Origin: Eledone cirrhosa
Lineage: Eukaryota
Length of the DNA: 64,000 bases
NCBI GenBank assembly: GCA_964016885.1
Contig: OZ024752.1
Location: forward strand, 21,142,001 to 21,206,000
Reading direction: 5' to 3'
The notes beneath the pieces were generated by a model that saw only the letters and a list, made by a program, of their open reading frames with translations, did not search any database and had not been told where the DNA came from. Every line of letters begins with the position of its first letter. Position 1 is the stretch's first letter. Below, piece by piece: positions 13,401 through 25,891 of the stretch. The translations under genes were made by a program, and so were the position numbers.

Positions 13401-13914
13401 GACCGTTGAATACTGACCTCTCCCCCCCCCCATCCCACCTAATTTCTGTATCTTGATCTAAAAATGTGTGTGCCAGTGTTTTATGTGAGTGAATTAATAT
13501 CCATGTGCTTATGATTTTATATCCACATATATAAATGTGAGTGGGGGTGTGTGTGTGTTTGTATGTTCGTGGTTATGTGTATATTTATGCATATACGCGC
13601 GTGTATGTGTGATTGTACGGATATGTGTGAGTATGAAAAAATATATTTATATACTTAATTTCATACTTGTGTCAATACGCATCTTATTTGTGCATTATAA
13701 ACTTACAGAGACATTAACCTTGAAATTTTGTATTTGCATCCATCCTTTTAGTATGCGTATACAAATTATACATACATTTTTGTAAAATATGTGTAAGGGT
13801 TTTACATGTATATACACACACCGAACTGCATTTAACCCTTTGTGTTTTCATTGGTCAATTTTGTTCCCAAACGGACCTGAAATTTTGAATTGTTGTTATT
13901 ATCAATAAATATAC

Positions 13915-14068
13915 TTCATTATTTCTGAAGACGGCGTATATATGTGTTGGTATGTATATTTAATCTTGATAATTTGTATAATTTTGTATAATTTTGTACA
14001 TAGATCTGTTGAATATGCATACCAATTATAACACATATATATCCTAGAAACGATCGTTAAATAATGAA
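13915..14068 (+). ncRNA. Type I hammerhead ribozyme with extended stem II
   Basis: Stem I ttcattattt/aaataatgaa (10 bp), CUGAAGA (13925-13931), stem II tatatatgtgtt/aacacatatata, GAAA, palindromic stem III AACGAUCGUU. Confidence 0.8.
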
Positions 14069-14113
14069 CTTTTTTTGTTTAATATAAGGAATTGTTTATT
14101 CATTATTTGTTTA

Positions 14114-14154
<41 letters not shown>

Positions 14155-14156
<2 letters not shown>

Positions 14157-17100
14157 AGTGGGTGTAACTAGGAGTTACTGCAGGTTCACCCGGGTGAGCA
14201 CTCGATGTTTAGGTTCACTTCTGTGATGATGTGTAGAGCTATACAGAGTGTAAAATATAGAAAGGATAAAAAGGACGATTGATTATTCCTTCATTGCATT
14301 TATTGAAAGGTGACGCGCGTTTCGCCACTGATCACCTCAAGGTTCGATCTATATCGATCCTACCCGACTCAATAATCGGCAGCTCGACGGACCCTCTTAA
14401 AATGCTATAAGAAAATGAAATACATACTATGTGGTAAAGTCAGAGTTTCAAGAGTTTGACAAAATGAGATGTTTTGATTGGTGAGAAGGATCAAGGCGAT
14501 GTACTGGCCTGTAGTGTATATGGGGGTGGGTGTGATGGTGAGATGTTGGTGACGGTCTGTGGATGAGGTGGGCTGTGGTGTGGTGGTGGTGAGTTGGGTT
14601 TGGCGTGTAGAGTATGTGGGTGTGGATGTGATGATATGGTGGTGGTTAAGGTTATTTAGTGGGATGGGCTGTGGTATGAGGTTAGTGGATTGTCAGTAGA
14701 CGGGTGGCGTGTTTGAGGGGGTGTGGTAGTGGTGCCTTTGTCTATGGTAGCGGCGTTTGTGGTGGTGTGGTGGATATATTGGTGGCGTCAGGTCCTTACA
14801 TAGATACATAGTTAGACGCTCTTCGTCTGACAGATACCTTGTATATACGTATACGTACACACATACATTGTTGTATAAACACACACAACATAAAACACAT
14901 ACGCACATCCTTGCCCACACATATCGGCATACGCTCACACACACCCATATGTATATGTACACACATGTATGAGCATGCGCGCATGCAGACACAAATATGG
15001 AGAGTGGGGGAGTATCGGTGGGGGTGGCGAACGACAGAGATGGGGGGAAGGTGAGAGGCGATGTAGAAGGTGTTTTACATATATACATACACATACATAC
15101 ACATGGGTATGGGCACATGGACTCACACTCATGTATGCAAGATATACACATACACACTCGCACACACGTATACTCACACATATATATATACATATATATA
15201 TATATACACACACATGTACCAACAACACACACATACACGCACATATACACATACATGCACATATATGAGCTCACCTACACATACAGTCAGATTTACCCAT
15301 ATACGTATATGTAGACGTACACATACACACACATACATATATACACACACATACACATATGCATACACACACACATATATATATATACAGATATTAATAT
15401 ACACACACATAGACATATGTATACACATGTGTTTACATACACACACACACACATACACATAAATTTGCGTACACGCACGCACACTTAAAACGCCCGTATG
15501 AGTAAAATACTTACACACAGACACACACACTATTGTTGGTTGGGGAGTGGAGGTATGTTTTGTCGGTGTTGATGAAGTATGGAGTTGTGTCATGTGGTGG
15601 TGGAGTTGTGAGGGACAAAAATATATATACCGGATCGAATACCGGTTAAAAGGTGACATAGGGAACGCGGGGGGAAAAGCCTTTATGGACGTACGGCGAT
15701 GTGTGTTGTGGACATGGTGATGGTGGTGGTGCTGGGGTGATATGTTCGGCAAGATGATGACATGATCAGAGGTTACGGTGTGTTATATGGTAGGCAGCGG
15801 GGGTGGGGGGTATATAATACAGTCGATTTGGGAGCGAGGGATGATATGTGTTGATGATGTTAATGATAATGAGTGTTGAAGTATGTGGATGTATTTAGTG
15901 GTGGCGGTGGTTGTGTGCGCGTGCGACAGTACAGTTACAAGGTCGAATTTAGCGTGGGGTTGCAGGTTAGGGTAATTAAAGGGAACATGGGGGGATGAGG
16001 TTGTAGGCGTGTATGGTATGCACATGACGATGTGTGGTGTGGTGGTGGTGGCGATGGTGTGATATGATCGACATTGTATTTACAAGGTCCCTTGTCATTG
16101 TGGATTGCAAGGTAGAACGTATCATAGGATACCGACTTAATACGATGTTGCAACTATGAGGTGTGTATGTTGATGTGAATTTTGGTGGTGGTGATGGTGA
16201 TGTGTGCGGCATGATATACAAATGGGGGCTTAGAGATGGTAACATGGAGTACAATACAATAAGTTCATTGAGGTGGGCGATGTTGAGACGGGGTATAGGT
16301 GGTTATTAATATGGTGTGTCATGGTTAGTGTGATTTTTGGTGTGGGTTATGTATGCGGCATGATATACAAAATACGGGCTTACATATGGTTAAATTCAAT
16401 GAAATGAAATAAGATAAAGTGAAGTTAGATTAGAATTAAAGTTCGTTGAGATGGGCGATGGTGATACGGGGCAGGTGTGGTTATTATTATGGTGGGTCAT
16501 GGTTAGTGCGTGGTCTTCCCGCGAAAGTTTGTGCAGAAAAGGTGTGCATCCTAGTGTGTCTGCAATTGACAATTATGTCCGACCTATAGTTTATGGCGGA
16601 ATCAAGTTTAATTATTTCCGCCGCCTCAGCTAGGCACAATCTGCAGTGGTTTCTGTCACTGGGGATGTATGCCACACATCTTTTTACTGACCACGAGATC
16701 CGGGGTTCAATATTCCTGTCCTTGAGGTCCCAGATCAGATCGGCCAGTTTTGTTTGGGGTCGTTTCGATCTATGTTTGAAGGAGCCTCTGTGGTTATACC
16801 AGCGCTCCTTAAACGTAGTGGATGTCGCACCTATATATGAGTACTCCTTATTGCCGGCAGTGACATCGCACCGGTAAACAATATTCTTAACGAGGCACTC
16901 CCCATTTAGTGGGCATTCGTCTCGTTTTTTGCAGTTGCATTTGGGAGTAACCGGTGCAGTGCAACGTTGGCGGTTAGTGTCGTGCGGTGTTGGTGTGGTG
17001 TGTGTGTTGTTGTGTTGTGTTGTGTGTGTGGTTTCGTTCTGGGTTGTGGTGGTGGTTTGTTGGGGGGAAACCATGTGTTTTCGTATTTTTGCCCTATTAT

Positions 17101-17756
17101 TGTGTGCTATTGTGTGGCCTAGGTTTGGTGCTGTGGAGAAAGAGAATTTTACTGTGTGTTTATTGAAGAGCTTGTGGTATTTGTGTGTGTGTGGAAAAGA
17201 TTGTTCGAGGGCCCTGAAAAAGGTTCCCGGTATGTTAGTGGCGATGTGTATAGAATAGGGGGGGGGGGTTATACCACGTGACAAGTCTACTTCGGTTTAT
17301 GCGTTGTTTAGTGAGTTTGTGTGTGTTTTGGTCAGGCGTGTGTTTCAAATAGGTTCCAGGTAATCTATTGGCGTTATGTTCCTTGGTAGGCAAACGTGTG
17401 CGATAGTCGGAGTTGTTATTGGGGCTGGAGAGTATGGCTTTATCTCCTAGACAGTTATGTGTGGTGCTGTCTACGCTGCCGGCTAGGGGGCGTCTAAGGT
17501 TATTGTGTGTCCTATGTGTGGAGGTTTCTTCTAAGTTCGTTTCTAAAGGTCCTGCTATGTTTAGCTGTGTTGCGGTTCTATTAGGGTTGATGTAAGAAAT
17601 CTTCTCAATATAACCAGCGTTTATAAGTGCGGAGTCATAGTATTCCGCGTGCTGCTTGAAGATGTTTTCGTTGGCCGACAGTGTGGACACTCTGTTGGAG
17701 ACACTTTTAACTATAGAGTTAATTATGCTCTTAGGGTGGTTGGAGTGTCTATTGAT
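14155..17756 (-). mobile_element. 5'-truncated Penelope-like element with CxCx5C linker and C-terminal GIY-YIG endonuclease (Hydra-clade-like), long microsatellite-rich 3' UTR, HHR and tail
   Basis: SNHPKSI (RT thumb), TWYNPP, KFSFSTAPNL, CNCKKRDECPLNGECL, NIVY..YIGATSTTFKERWYNH, CRLCLAE, CRH (ORFs 17235..17690, 16487..17284); (TA)n on both flanks. Confidence 0.88.
14305..14397 (-). ncRNA. Degenerate type I hammerhead ribozyme of the PLE pLTR
   Basis: gggu-CCGUCGA (mutated CUGANGA)-gcugccgau...aucaguggc-GAAA-CGCGCG-UC-accu, followed by AAUAAA. Confidence 0.65.
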
Positions 17757-17773
17757 ATATATATATATATATA

Positions 17774-18204
17774 AGATTGAAAAAGTGGAGAATAACTAGG
17801 TCAACAGTACAAAAAAGGGGATTTATTTGCAGTCTAACAATTGTTTCACTGATAGAGATGTCTAAAAATTGTGAAGCAGTGCCACTAAATTTTACAAAAT
17901 GGCGTAGGACAGAACAAAGGAGAGGCACAAAAACAAAGAAAAGAATCCCGAGTCACTGAAGAGGTCACAGAATGTGTGACGAAAGAGCTTTGACAATATA
18001 TAAACAACTATCTGGTTGTGGAACCAACCAACCAACCAGAAATTTATAAATTCCTAAATTTATAAATTTATTATAATAAATTGAAGTGAAAGCAACTGGT
18101 GCGTGTGTTTCTTATTGGCAACATGACCCTCCAAAAGTATAACAATATCGGTTTCAACACACGATTTCAGATAAAGAATCTTGCTAAGCAAATTCAGAAA
18201 CGAA

Positions 18205-18205
<1 letters not shown>
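17774..18205. mobile_element. Fused PLE pLTR fragments: minus-strand piece (about 17774-17885, GAAACAAUUGUU half-HHR) plus plus-strand pLTR related to the 57226-60030 family
   Basis: 17897-18205 matches 50732-50965 (reverse) and resembles 59700-60030; flanked by (TA)n. Confidence 0.7.
17952..17994 (+). ncRNA. Minimal type I hammerhead ribozyme
   Basis: guca-CUGAAGA-g-gucac agaaugu gugac-GAAA-GAGC-UU-ugac. Confidence 0.75.
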
Positions 18206-18237
<32 letters not shown>

Positions 18238-18246
18238 GATATATAT

Positions 18247-19492
18247 ATCATCATCATCATCATCATCATTTTACGTCCGCTTTTCCCTGCTTGCAAGGGT
18301 AGGATGGGTCCTATTCAGCACAGCAGCTCTCCACTTGTCACGCACCTTCGTCATCTCCACCGTGAGCTTCAGCGATCTGAGGTCTGCTCTCAGCACCTCC
18401 GCCCATGTTTTTCGTGGTCTTCCTCTACTACGTCTTCCTTCAACTGGCATTTCTTGGCACTTCTTCACCCATCGGTCATCCTCCATGCACATCACATGTC
18501 CATACCACCTCAGTCTCGTCTCCCGTACACTACATTCTATCCCTCTCAGACACAGTTTTTCTCTCAACACATCTATGACATTGCATATCCAACGGAACAT
18601 GCTTGCCTCATTTCTCTCCAGCCGTCGCATATCCTCTGCAGTTGCTGCCCATATCTCACTATCATGCGCACCTCACACAGGCATCATATAACTGGCCTTT
18701 CGTACGCAGGGAGAAACACTTCTTCGTCAGCAGAGGAAGCAGCTCCCTAAATGTCTTCCAACCCGTCCTTATTCTAGATACTATGGCCTTGGAACACCCC
18801 CTCCCATGCTAGTCTGATCTAGGTAAGGGAGGCTATTAACCACTTCTATAGAACCCACCTGCATTTGAAAAATGTGTCTATCAATGCGACGTCTACTGTC
18901 AAATTTCCCTGTACATCTACTGCATACGTATTTCTCCCTATCTGTTAGTTTGCCTGCTATCCCACTACATCTCTTGTGTACCCAAGATCTGCATTGTGTA
19001 CCTTTTATAGAATTTATGCCAGTTCCTTTTCTGCATATCGAACATGGCCATTTCCCTGATGGAATCAGAGTTTTATCCTCTTTTCTACTCATCAACACTT
19101 TTGTCTTAGCTAGGTTGACTCCTCTTGCTTCCAACTGCTGTTTCCAGAGCCAGAATTTATTCTCTAGCTCCTCTACTGATTCTGCTATAAGAACCAGATC
19201 GTCAGCATAGAGAAGTTCCCATGGACAGCCAGTCTATTATGGCTTGGAGGGCTATAATGAACAAGAGCGGGCTGAGGACCGGATACTGATGTACTCCTAC
19301 TTGTATCTGGAATTCCTCACTAAACTCCATTCATACCCTGACTTTACTGACAGCACCTCTGTACAAAGCTTGCACTGTCCTGACAAGCCATTCCTCAACA
19401 CCTAGTTTCATTAAGGACCATCAGATGACAGATCAGGATACCCTATTAAAGGCCTTCTCTAGGTCAACAAAAGCTAAGTATAGTAGTTTATT
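18247..19492 (-). mobile_element. RTE LINE family B, 5'-truncated (RT, PHD-like finger, tail cacccttgcaagcagggaaaagcggacgtaaaa(tga)n)
   Basis: ORFs 18271..18630 and 18781..19134; homologous to 42780-44867. Confidence 0.9.
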
Positions 19493-20960
19493 CTTACGTT
19501 GTAGAAAGTATATCTGGTATAATCCCATTTTTAATGCTTCGATTAGTACAAAACTATCTCTTTCATTCTTTAAGTTAATTAACAAGCATTTCCCTAGTTC
19601 CTATAAATACAGTAAGATTCTAAACTCTAAGACTATTAAGCTATCATACTCCACTGCACCAAACCTTGAAGCATACATAAAAAAACTTAACTTAAAGCAA
19701 TTAAACAACACTACAAAACAAAATATTTTAATAACAGATGAGCATAACGTAGTATCGGCTTCCCAACCACTAAGTGGGAGACGGGTATTACACAACCCAC
19801 CTGAACTGTTATTCCAACCTATCCATGGTATACCTGCTACCCACAATAATAATTGTAACTGCCACCTACCTGAAAGATGTCCATTGAAGAATAAATGCCT
19901 AAAGTCCAACATTGTTTACCAATGCACTGTCGAATTGAACGACCAGAAATGGTATTACATCGGGTCTAACACTACCTCCTTTAAATCTCGCTGGTATCGT
20001 CATCGATTCTCAATTAAACATCCTAATCACCGTTTTGCCAATAAGACCTGGAAACTCCGTGAACGCAACCAACAGTTCACCTTGAAATGGGATATACTTT
20101 CCAGCGCTAGTGCATATCGGAGTGGATTGAAGCACTGAGGGTTATGTAACCTTGAACTCTTTTATATCTTAAAATCCAAAAATAAATTACTAAATGACAG
20201 AATCAAACGATCATTATACTGCAACCACAAACTGAAGGTTAAATTCTCTCACTATAAAATAACTTAACATTCGAACCCGTAACTATAACATTGCTTTCTC
20301 GCTAACTACTTTCTCTCAATAACAACTTCTTAACTATATCCCCCACACCCACACTACAAGACAATACCCTGCTTATCACTATAAATGGATACTTAAGTGC
20401 ACTTTGTAGCCTACAACTATGAACTCAATGTACACCCATCCCATAGCTTTCGTCTGTCCCCTCTCTATCTCTATTTCTCCCTCTCTCTCTCCATTCCTCT
20501 CTCTTTCGCTCTCTCTCTCTCTCGCCCTCAGTCCACCTCCCTCCCTCTCCACATCTATGAACCTGCCCTCTGTGGCAATAAATAATTCCAACCTTAACTA
20601 TCAACGTATCGCTTAAGGTTGTCGCTTTGAGAGTAACCGCTATAATAAAACCCTACCACAACATTTTGATTAAGATATCTGTATTCTACAAACCACTCTC
20701 TTCCATTTCTCCAACCCCTGCATATCTCTCTCTCTCTCCCTCTCCCCTTCTTTCTCTCTTCCTTTTCTACTCTATCTTCCCCAATAACCTCACTTAAGAG
20801 TATTTACATTTTACATTTTAACCATTCTGCTCTGATGATACAGTGGTCACAGCATTTGATAATTGAGTTTTGCAAACGTATAACCACCGTGGAAACATTT
20901 GTAAGCACACGAAATAAATTACCTTTTTATGATGTCTACCTGATATTATTCATTCTTTAT
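19493..20960 (+). mobile_element. 5'-truncated Penelope-like element (CxCx5C, GIY-YIG), with HHR
   Basis: IWYNPIF..KLSYSTAPNL..CNCHLPERCPL..NIVY..YIGSNTTSFKSRW; the frame continues past TGA 20136 as GLCNLE..CNH to 20267. Confidence 0.87.
20828..20907 (+). ncRNA. Type I hammerhead ribozyme
   Basis: ugcu-CUGAUGA-uacaguggu...accaccgug-GAAA-C AUUU G-UA-agca; AAUAAA follows. Confidence 0.75.
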
Positions 20961-20985
20961 ATACATATATATATATACATATATA

Positions 20986-21933
20986 TCATCATCATCATCA
21001 TCATCATCATCGCTTAACGTCCATCTTCCACGCTAGCATGGATTTGGACGGGAATTGTCCCACTTGACGCAAGATTGGTTGCCATGCTCGTATAGGACTG
21101 TCTGGCAGGTTTTTCTACGGCTGAATGCCCTTCCTAACACCAACCACGTTTACAGCGTGGACTGGGAGGTTTTTACCGTGTTACCTACACAGCCACATTA
21201 CAGTGTGGACTGTGTGTTTTTTGTTGTGACACCTAAACGACCTCATTTATTTAGGACTGTTGTGGTACCAACATAACTTTACATCGAAAGGGATGGTGTA
21301 GATGAGGGTGGGGGTAGGGGTAGTGGGACGGGGGTGTATTTTGTTTAAGAGGTGCCTACTGATTGTAGGTTTCGCTTTGTACGTGGGCAAGGCGGGTCTT
21401 CTGTATTACTGCGTAGCGCCAAAGATCTCGGTCCAGTGACATTGTCTTGGAGAAGTGTAAGTGTGTGAGGTCGGAATTTATCAAGTCCTCCCAGGTTTTT
21501 CTGGGTCTGCCTACTCCGTAGCTACCGTCTATTTTGATCGCCCTGCACTTTTTTATTACAGCTGTCGTCTTTCATGCGCATCACGTGACCATACCAACGT
21601 AGTCTTCTCTCGAGTAAACAGCATCTAATTCCTCTTATTCCTAATTTCTCAATTAGTTCATTTATGCTTTGCCGTTCGCGTATATTACTATTACACATCT
21701 AACGGAGCATGCAAGCTTCGTTCCTCTCCGGTCTGCGTATATCCTCTGCACACAATGCCCATGTCTCACTGCCATGTAACATCGCTGTTTGTATGCAGGC
21801 ATCATACAGCCTGCCTTTCATTTTTAGAGAGAACCCTTTAGCGGCCAATAGCTCTCTGAACTTTTTCCATCCCGTTCTGACTCTAGCTGCAGTACTTTCA
21901 GAGCACCCTCCACCACTGCTGATTTTGTCACCA
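20986..21933 (-). mobile_element. RTE LINE family A 3' fragment
   Basis: ORF 21699..21938 KISSGGGCSES..HGSETWAL; same 3' UTR and (GAT)n tail as 10282-10710. Confidence 0.9.
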
Positions 21934-21954
21934 TACATATATATATATATATAT

Positions 21955-22270
21955 GGAAAAAATGAAACGAAATTTCATTTCTCACTCTTAGTACGACTGT
22001 TACTTAAATATAAGTATGTATACGTACATACATATATGTATACAGACGTACAGTAGTATATATATATATATACATACATGCACACATATATATATGTATG
22101 TATGGATTTACCGAGCATTTATTATAATACTCGGTTTGTTTGTTCGGTTAGCCCGGCCGACTAACTCACTCGATATGCAAATTAGGCTGCCCAGCCGTTA
22201 ATATGCATACATATATATATACATACTACTGTACGTCTGTATACATATATGTATTACGTATACATACTTA

Positions 22271-22277
<7 letters not shown>
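21955..22277. repeat. Small inverted-repeat unit in (TA)n (arms about 22006-22060 / 22222-22277)
   Basis: aaatataagtatgtatacgta..tacagacgtacagtagt and its reverse complement; left arm extended by about 50 nt. Confidence 0.6.
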
Positions 22278-22332
<55 letters not shown>

Positions 22333-22403
22333 TATATACATATATATATACACACACACATATATATATACATATATATATACATATATATATACACACA
22401 CAC

Positions 22404-23147
<744 letters not shown>

Positions 23148-24580
23148 CTAAGGCCGTTACTTGGTTTAATGCACCTTACTCCAAACATGTACGCACCAAC
23201 GTGCCAGGACTTTTTTCCGAGCGTTGGATGAGTGCTTTCCGCCGACGAACAAGTACCATAAAATCTTCAACCGCCACACGGTGAAGTTTTCCTTCTCCAC
23301 AGCACCTAACATGGCCGACTACACGCTAAAATTAACGCGGTGAAGATGGCGAACATTGGCCGTCAACCGTGGCGGCAGAATGACCGTCTATCGGAGCGCG
23401 GGGCTCCACCCGGGGACCGGCCCACAAATGACAACCCGGCCCCCGAAGGTGATATGATCCAACGCCGGGAGGGAACGAGTAGCATAGGGGAGACCACCGT
23501 GTCGGCGGAACAACACCCTGTGAACCCTGCGAGGGCCATAACAGATCAAGGCCCAGACATCAGATGCGTAAGAACTGACAACAGAACTTCTAACTGCAGA
23601 GCGGGCACCCAGTGCTCCCTGCAGGGAAAATGCCTGACGAAGGACCTGATATACAAGTGTGTGGTTGGTTACAACCCAAAATGCGCATCGCACTTAGATC
23701 GGCGCAACATCCACGACATTTAAATCGCGGAAGTATAATCACACGAATTTCTTCAGGGACCGTAGCAAAAGGCACTCTACTAGGTTAGCGGACCTGGTGT
23801 GGTACCTGAAAGACCAAGGCACTCCATACGCCCTGGAATGGAGAATCGTTCGCCATGCGAGGGCATATTCGGCTGGAAGTAGAAAGTGCCGATTATGCCT
23901 ACACGAGGCCATGGAGATAGTCAGACTGAAAGATAACGCGGTCAACCTGAAGTCTGAAATTATCATGACCTGCAGACACCAGAGAAGATGCACATTTGCA
24001 GCATGGAATCCTCCGAGTGGCACAGGCCAGGGGCATGGGACCGGGTACGCATAGACCGGAACGGCCCAACGGGAGTAAGGGACCTGACACCATGCCCTGA
24101 TGACATTGTGCGACCCGTGTGGCAAACATAAGTAAACCAGGGTGCGCACCTGACCGAGCACGCAACATTGGGCAGGTACATCGCCTATGCCGGGACCGGC
24201 TAACACGGGGTCCACGGTCGTCCAGTAAAATACCCCAATCATATAGAACAGCACACCCCAACCACGGTGGCATACCCCATGGTAACCGGGCCAAGCGTCC
24301 CCTTCAATGTGTACCCCGTGAATCGTGAATATATACTCTCCACATGTTCCACTTTGGAACAATTGTTATTACTGTTGTTATTGTTTTGTTATTGTTACTC
24401 GTTCCCTATAAGTACCTAAGTTTGCACCTCATACTACCTGTGTGTAGTATATCACATGGATACACGTACCTCCTCCTGTACCTCCCCCCTTTTTTATTTA
24501 TCTCTTTGTGAAGTTACATACAGATTTTAATGTATTTTAACATATTGTAAATTTATTTATTTTATTGTATTATCTTATTG
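23148..24580 (+). mobile_element. 5'-truncated Penelope-like element (GIY-YIG, Hydra-clade-like), frameshifted
   Basis: [30 protein letters not shown] (from 23150); NCRAGTQCSLQGKCL..LIYKC; WYLKD..YSAGSRKCRLCLHE..CRH (23797..24054). Confidence 0.85.
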
Positions 24581-25891
24581 TGTTTATATGTGTGTTTTTA
24601 TGTGTAGACCTGTGCGTATGTATATGTATGTGTGTGTGTATGTAGATATAGATATATACGTGTATGTGTATGGGGGTGTGTATGTGTGCATGTGTACGTA
24701 TATGCATGAGCTTATACGTGTGGGTGTGCATGCATCTACATGTATGTACATATGTGGCTGTGTGTATATATATATATGTATATATATATATGTACAGCTG
24801 CGTATGAGTATATGTGTGTATGTGGATGCGTATGTATATATATGTGTGTGTGCGTATGTATGTATATGTGGGTCTCTATATGTATGTGTATTTATGTGTA
24901 TATATATATATGTGTACATCTCACAGGAATGTGTACGGATGGATTATATATTCATTTTACTATTATTATTATTTTATCATATATCCATTGTATATATATA
25001 TATATGTATGTATGAATATGTATGCATGTATATATATATATGTATATTATATTGTATACTATATTGTTATTTTATGTTATGTTATTTTATTGTTATTTTA
25101 TTGTATATTGTATATTTATTTTACGGTTTTGTTTATATATGTATAAGTGGAAGCATGTGTGTGTAAGCAAATATGCATATGTGCACATATGTGCATGTGG
25201 CACTCCGTGTGCGTATGCATATGTATGTACATGTATATATGTGTGCATGTATATATGTATGTATATATGTGGGTGTGCGTATGCATGTAGAGCTTTTTAT
25301 ATATATGTGTGTGTATGTATGTGTGTATGTAGTTAGGTGTACGTATGTGTATTTTGTATGTATGTGTATGTATATATATATATATATATAAGGTTGTGCG
25401 TAGGTATATGTGCACGTGTATGTGTATGTTTGCGTGGGTGTGTGTACACATATGGGCATATGTGCGTATAAGTATGTATGTGTATGTGCATGTATACATG
25501 TGTATGCATATGCGTGTGTGCGTGGACATATATGTATATGTGTATACGTGTGTGTCTGCATGCGTGTGTATATGTGTGTATGTGTGATTATGTCTTTGGA
25601 AGTGTGACTGTCTTTGATGCCTATCAATAAGGATATGCGTGTATGTGCGTGTGTATCCATGTATGTGTCTGAGAGTGTTTGTGTATATATGTGCTGATGA
25701 GCCCGAACGCCGATATGTGTTTTTGTATGCGTGGACGTGTGTGTCTGCGCGTGTGTGTGCGTATGCGTGCGTGTGAGACCGGATGTATGGCGCTGTTTAG
25801 GCAGGCGCTAATAGGCTTGTGGCGGTCGCTATCTGGATGTGGGTGTCCCTGGGTTTGTGGAAGAGAGGGCGAGTGTGTGCGTGTATATATG
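24580..25891. repeat. Degenerate (TA)/(TG)/(TGCG) microsatellite field (probable PLE 3' UTR)
   Basis: Low-complexity mosaic directly downstream of the PLE ORF. Confidence 0.85.

Larger units (their letters stand above)
10762..14122. mobile_element. Non-coding PLE-type unit: 567-bp inverted repeats (10896-11462 / 13556-14122), each with an HHR, around a microsatellite body; tail at 10762-10895
   Basis: Near-perfect reverse-complement arms (only two mismatches noticed), HHR in each arm, (TA)n on both flanks. Confidence 0.75.

Noticed and set aside
11233-13785. Many long ORFs rich in Y/I/C/V/M (also 14693-15752, 22198-22486, 24584-25660, 51166-52145, 56994-57375, 63779-63991)
   Set aside because: They are translations of TA/TG/CA microsatellites, which lack stop codons by composition.
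19425-20138. 237-aa ORF as a single gene
   Set aside because: Chimeric: the first about 22 codons are antisense RTE sequence fused by chance to a PLE endonuclease fragment.
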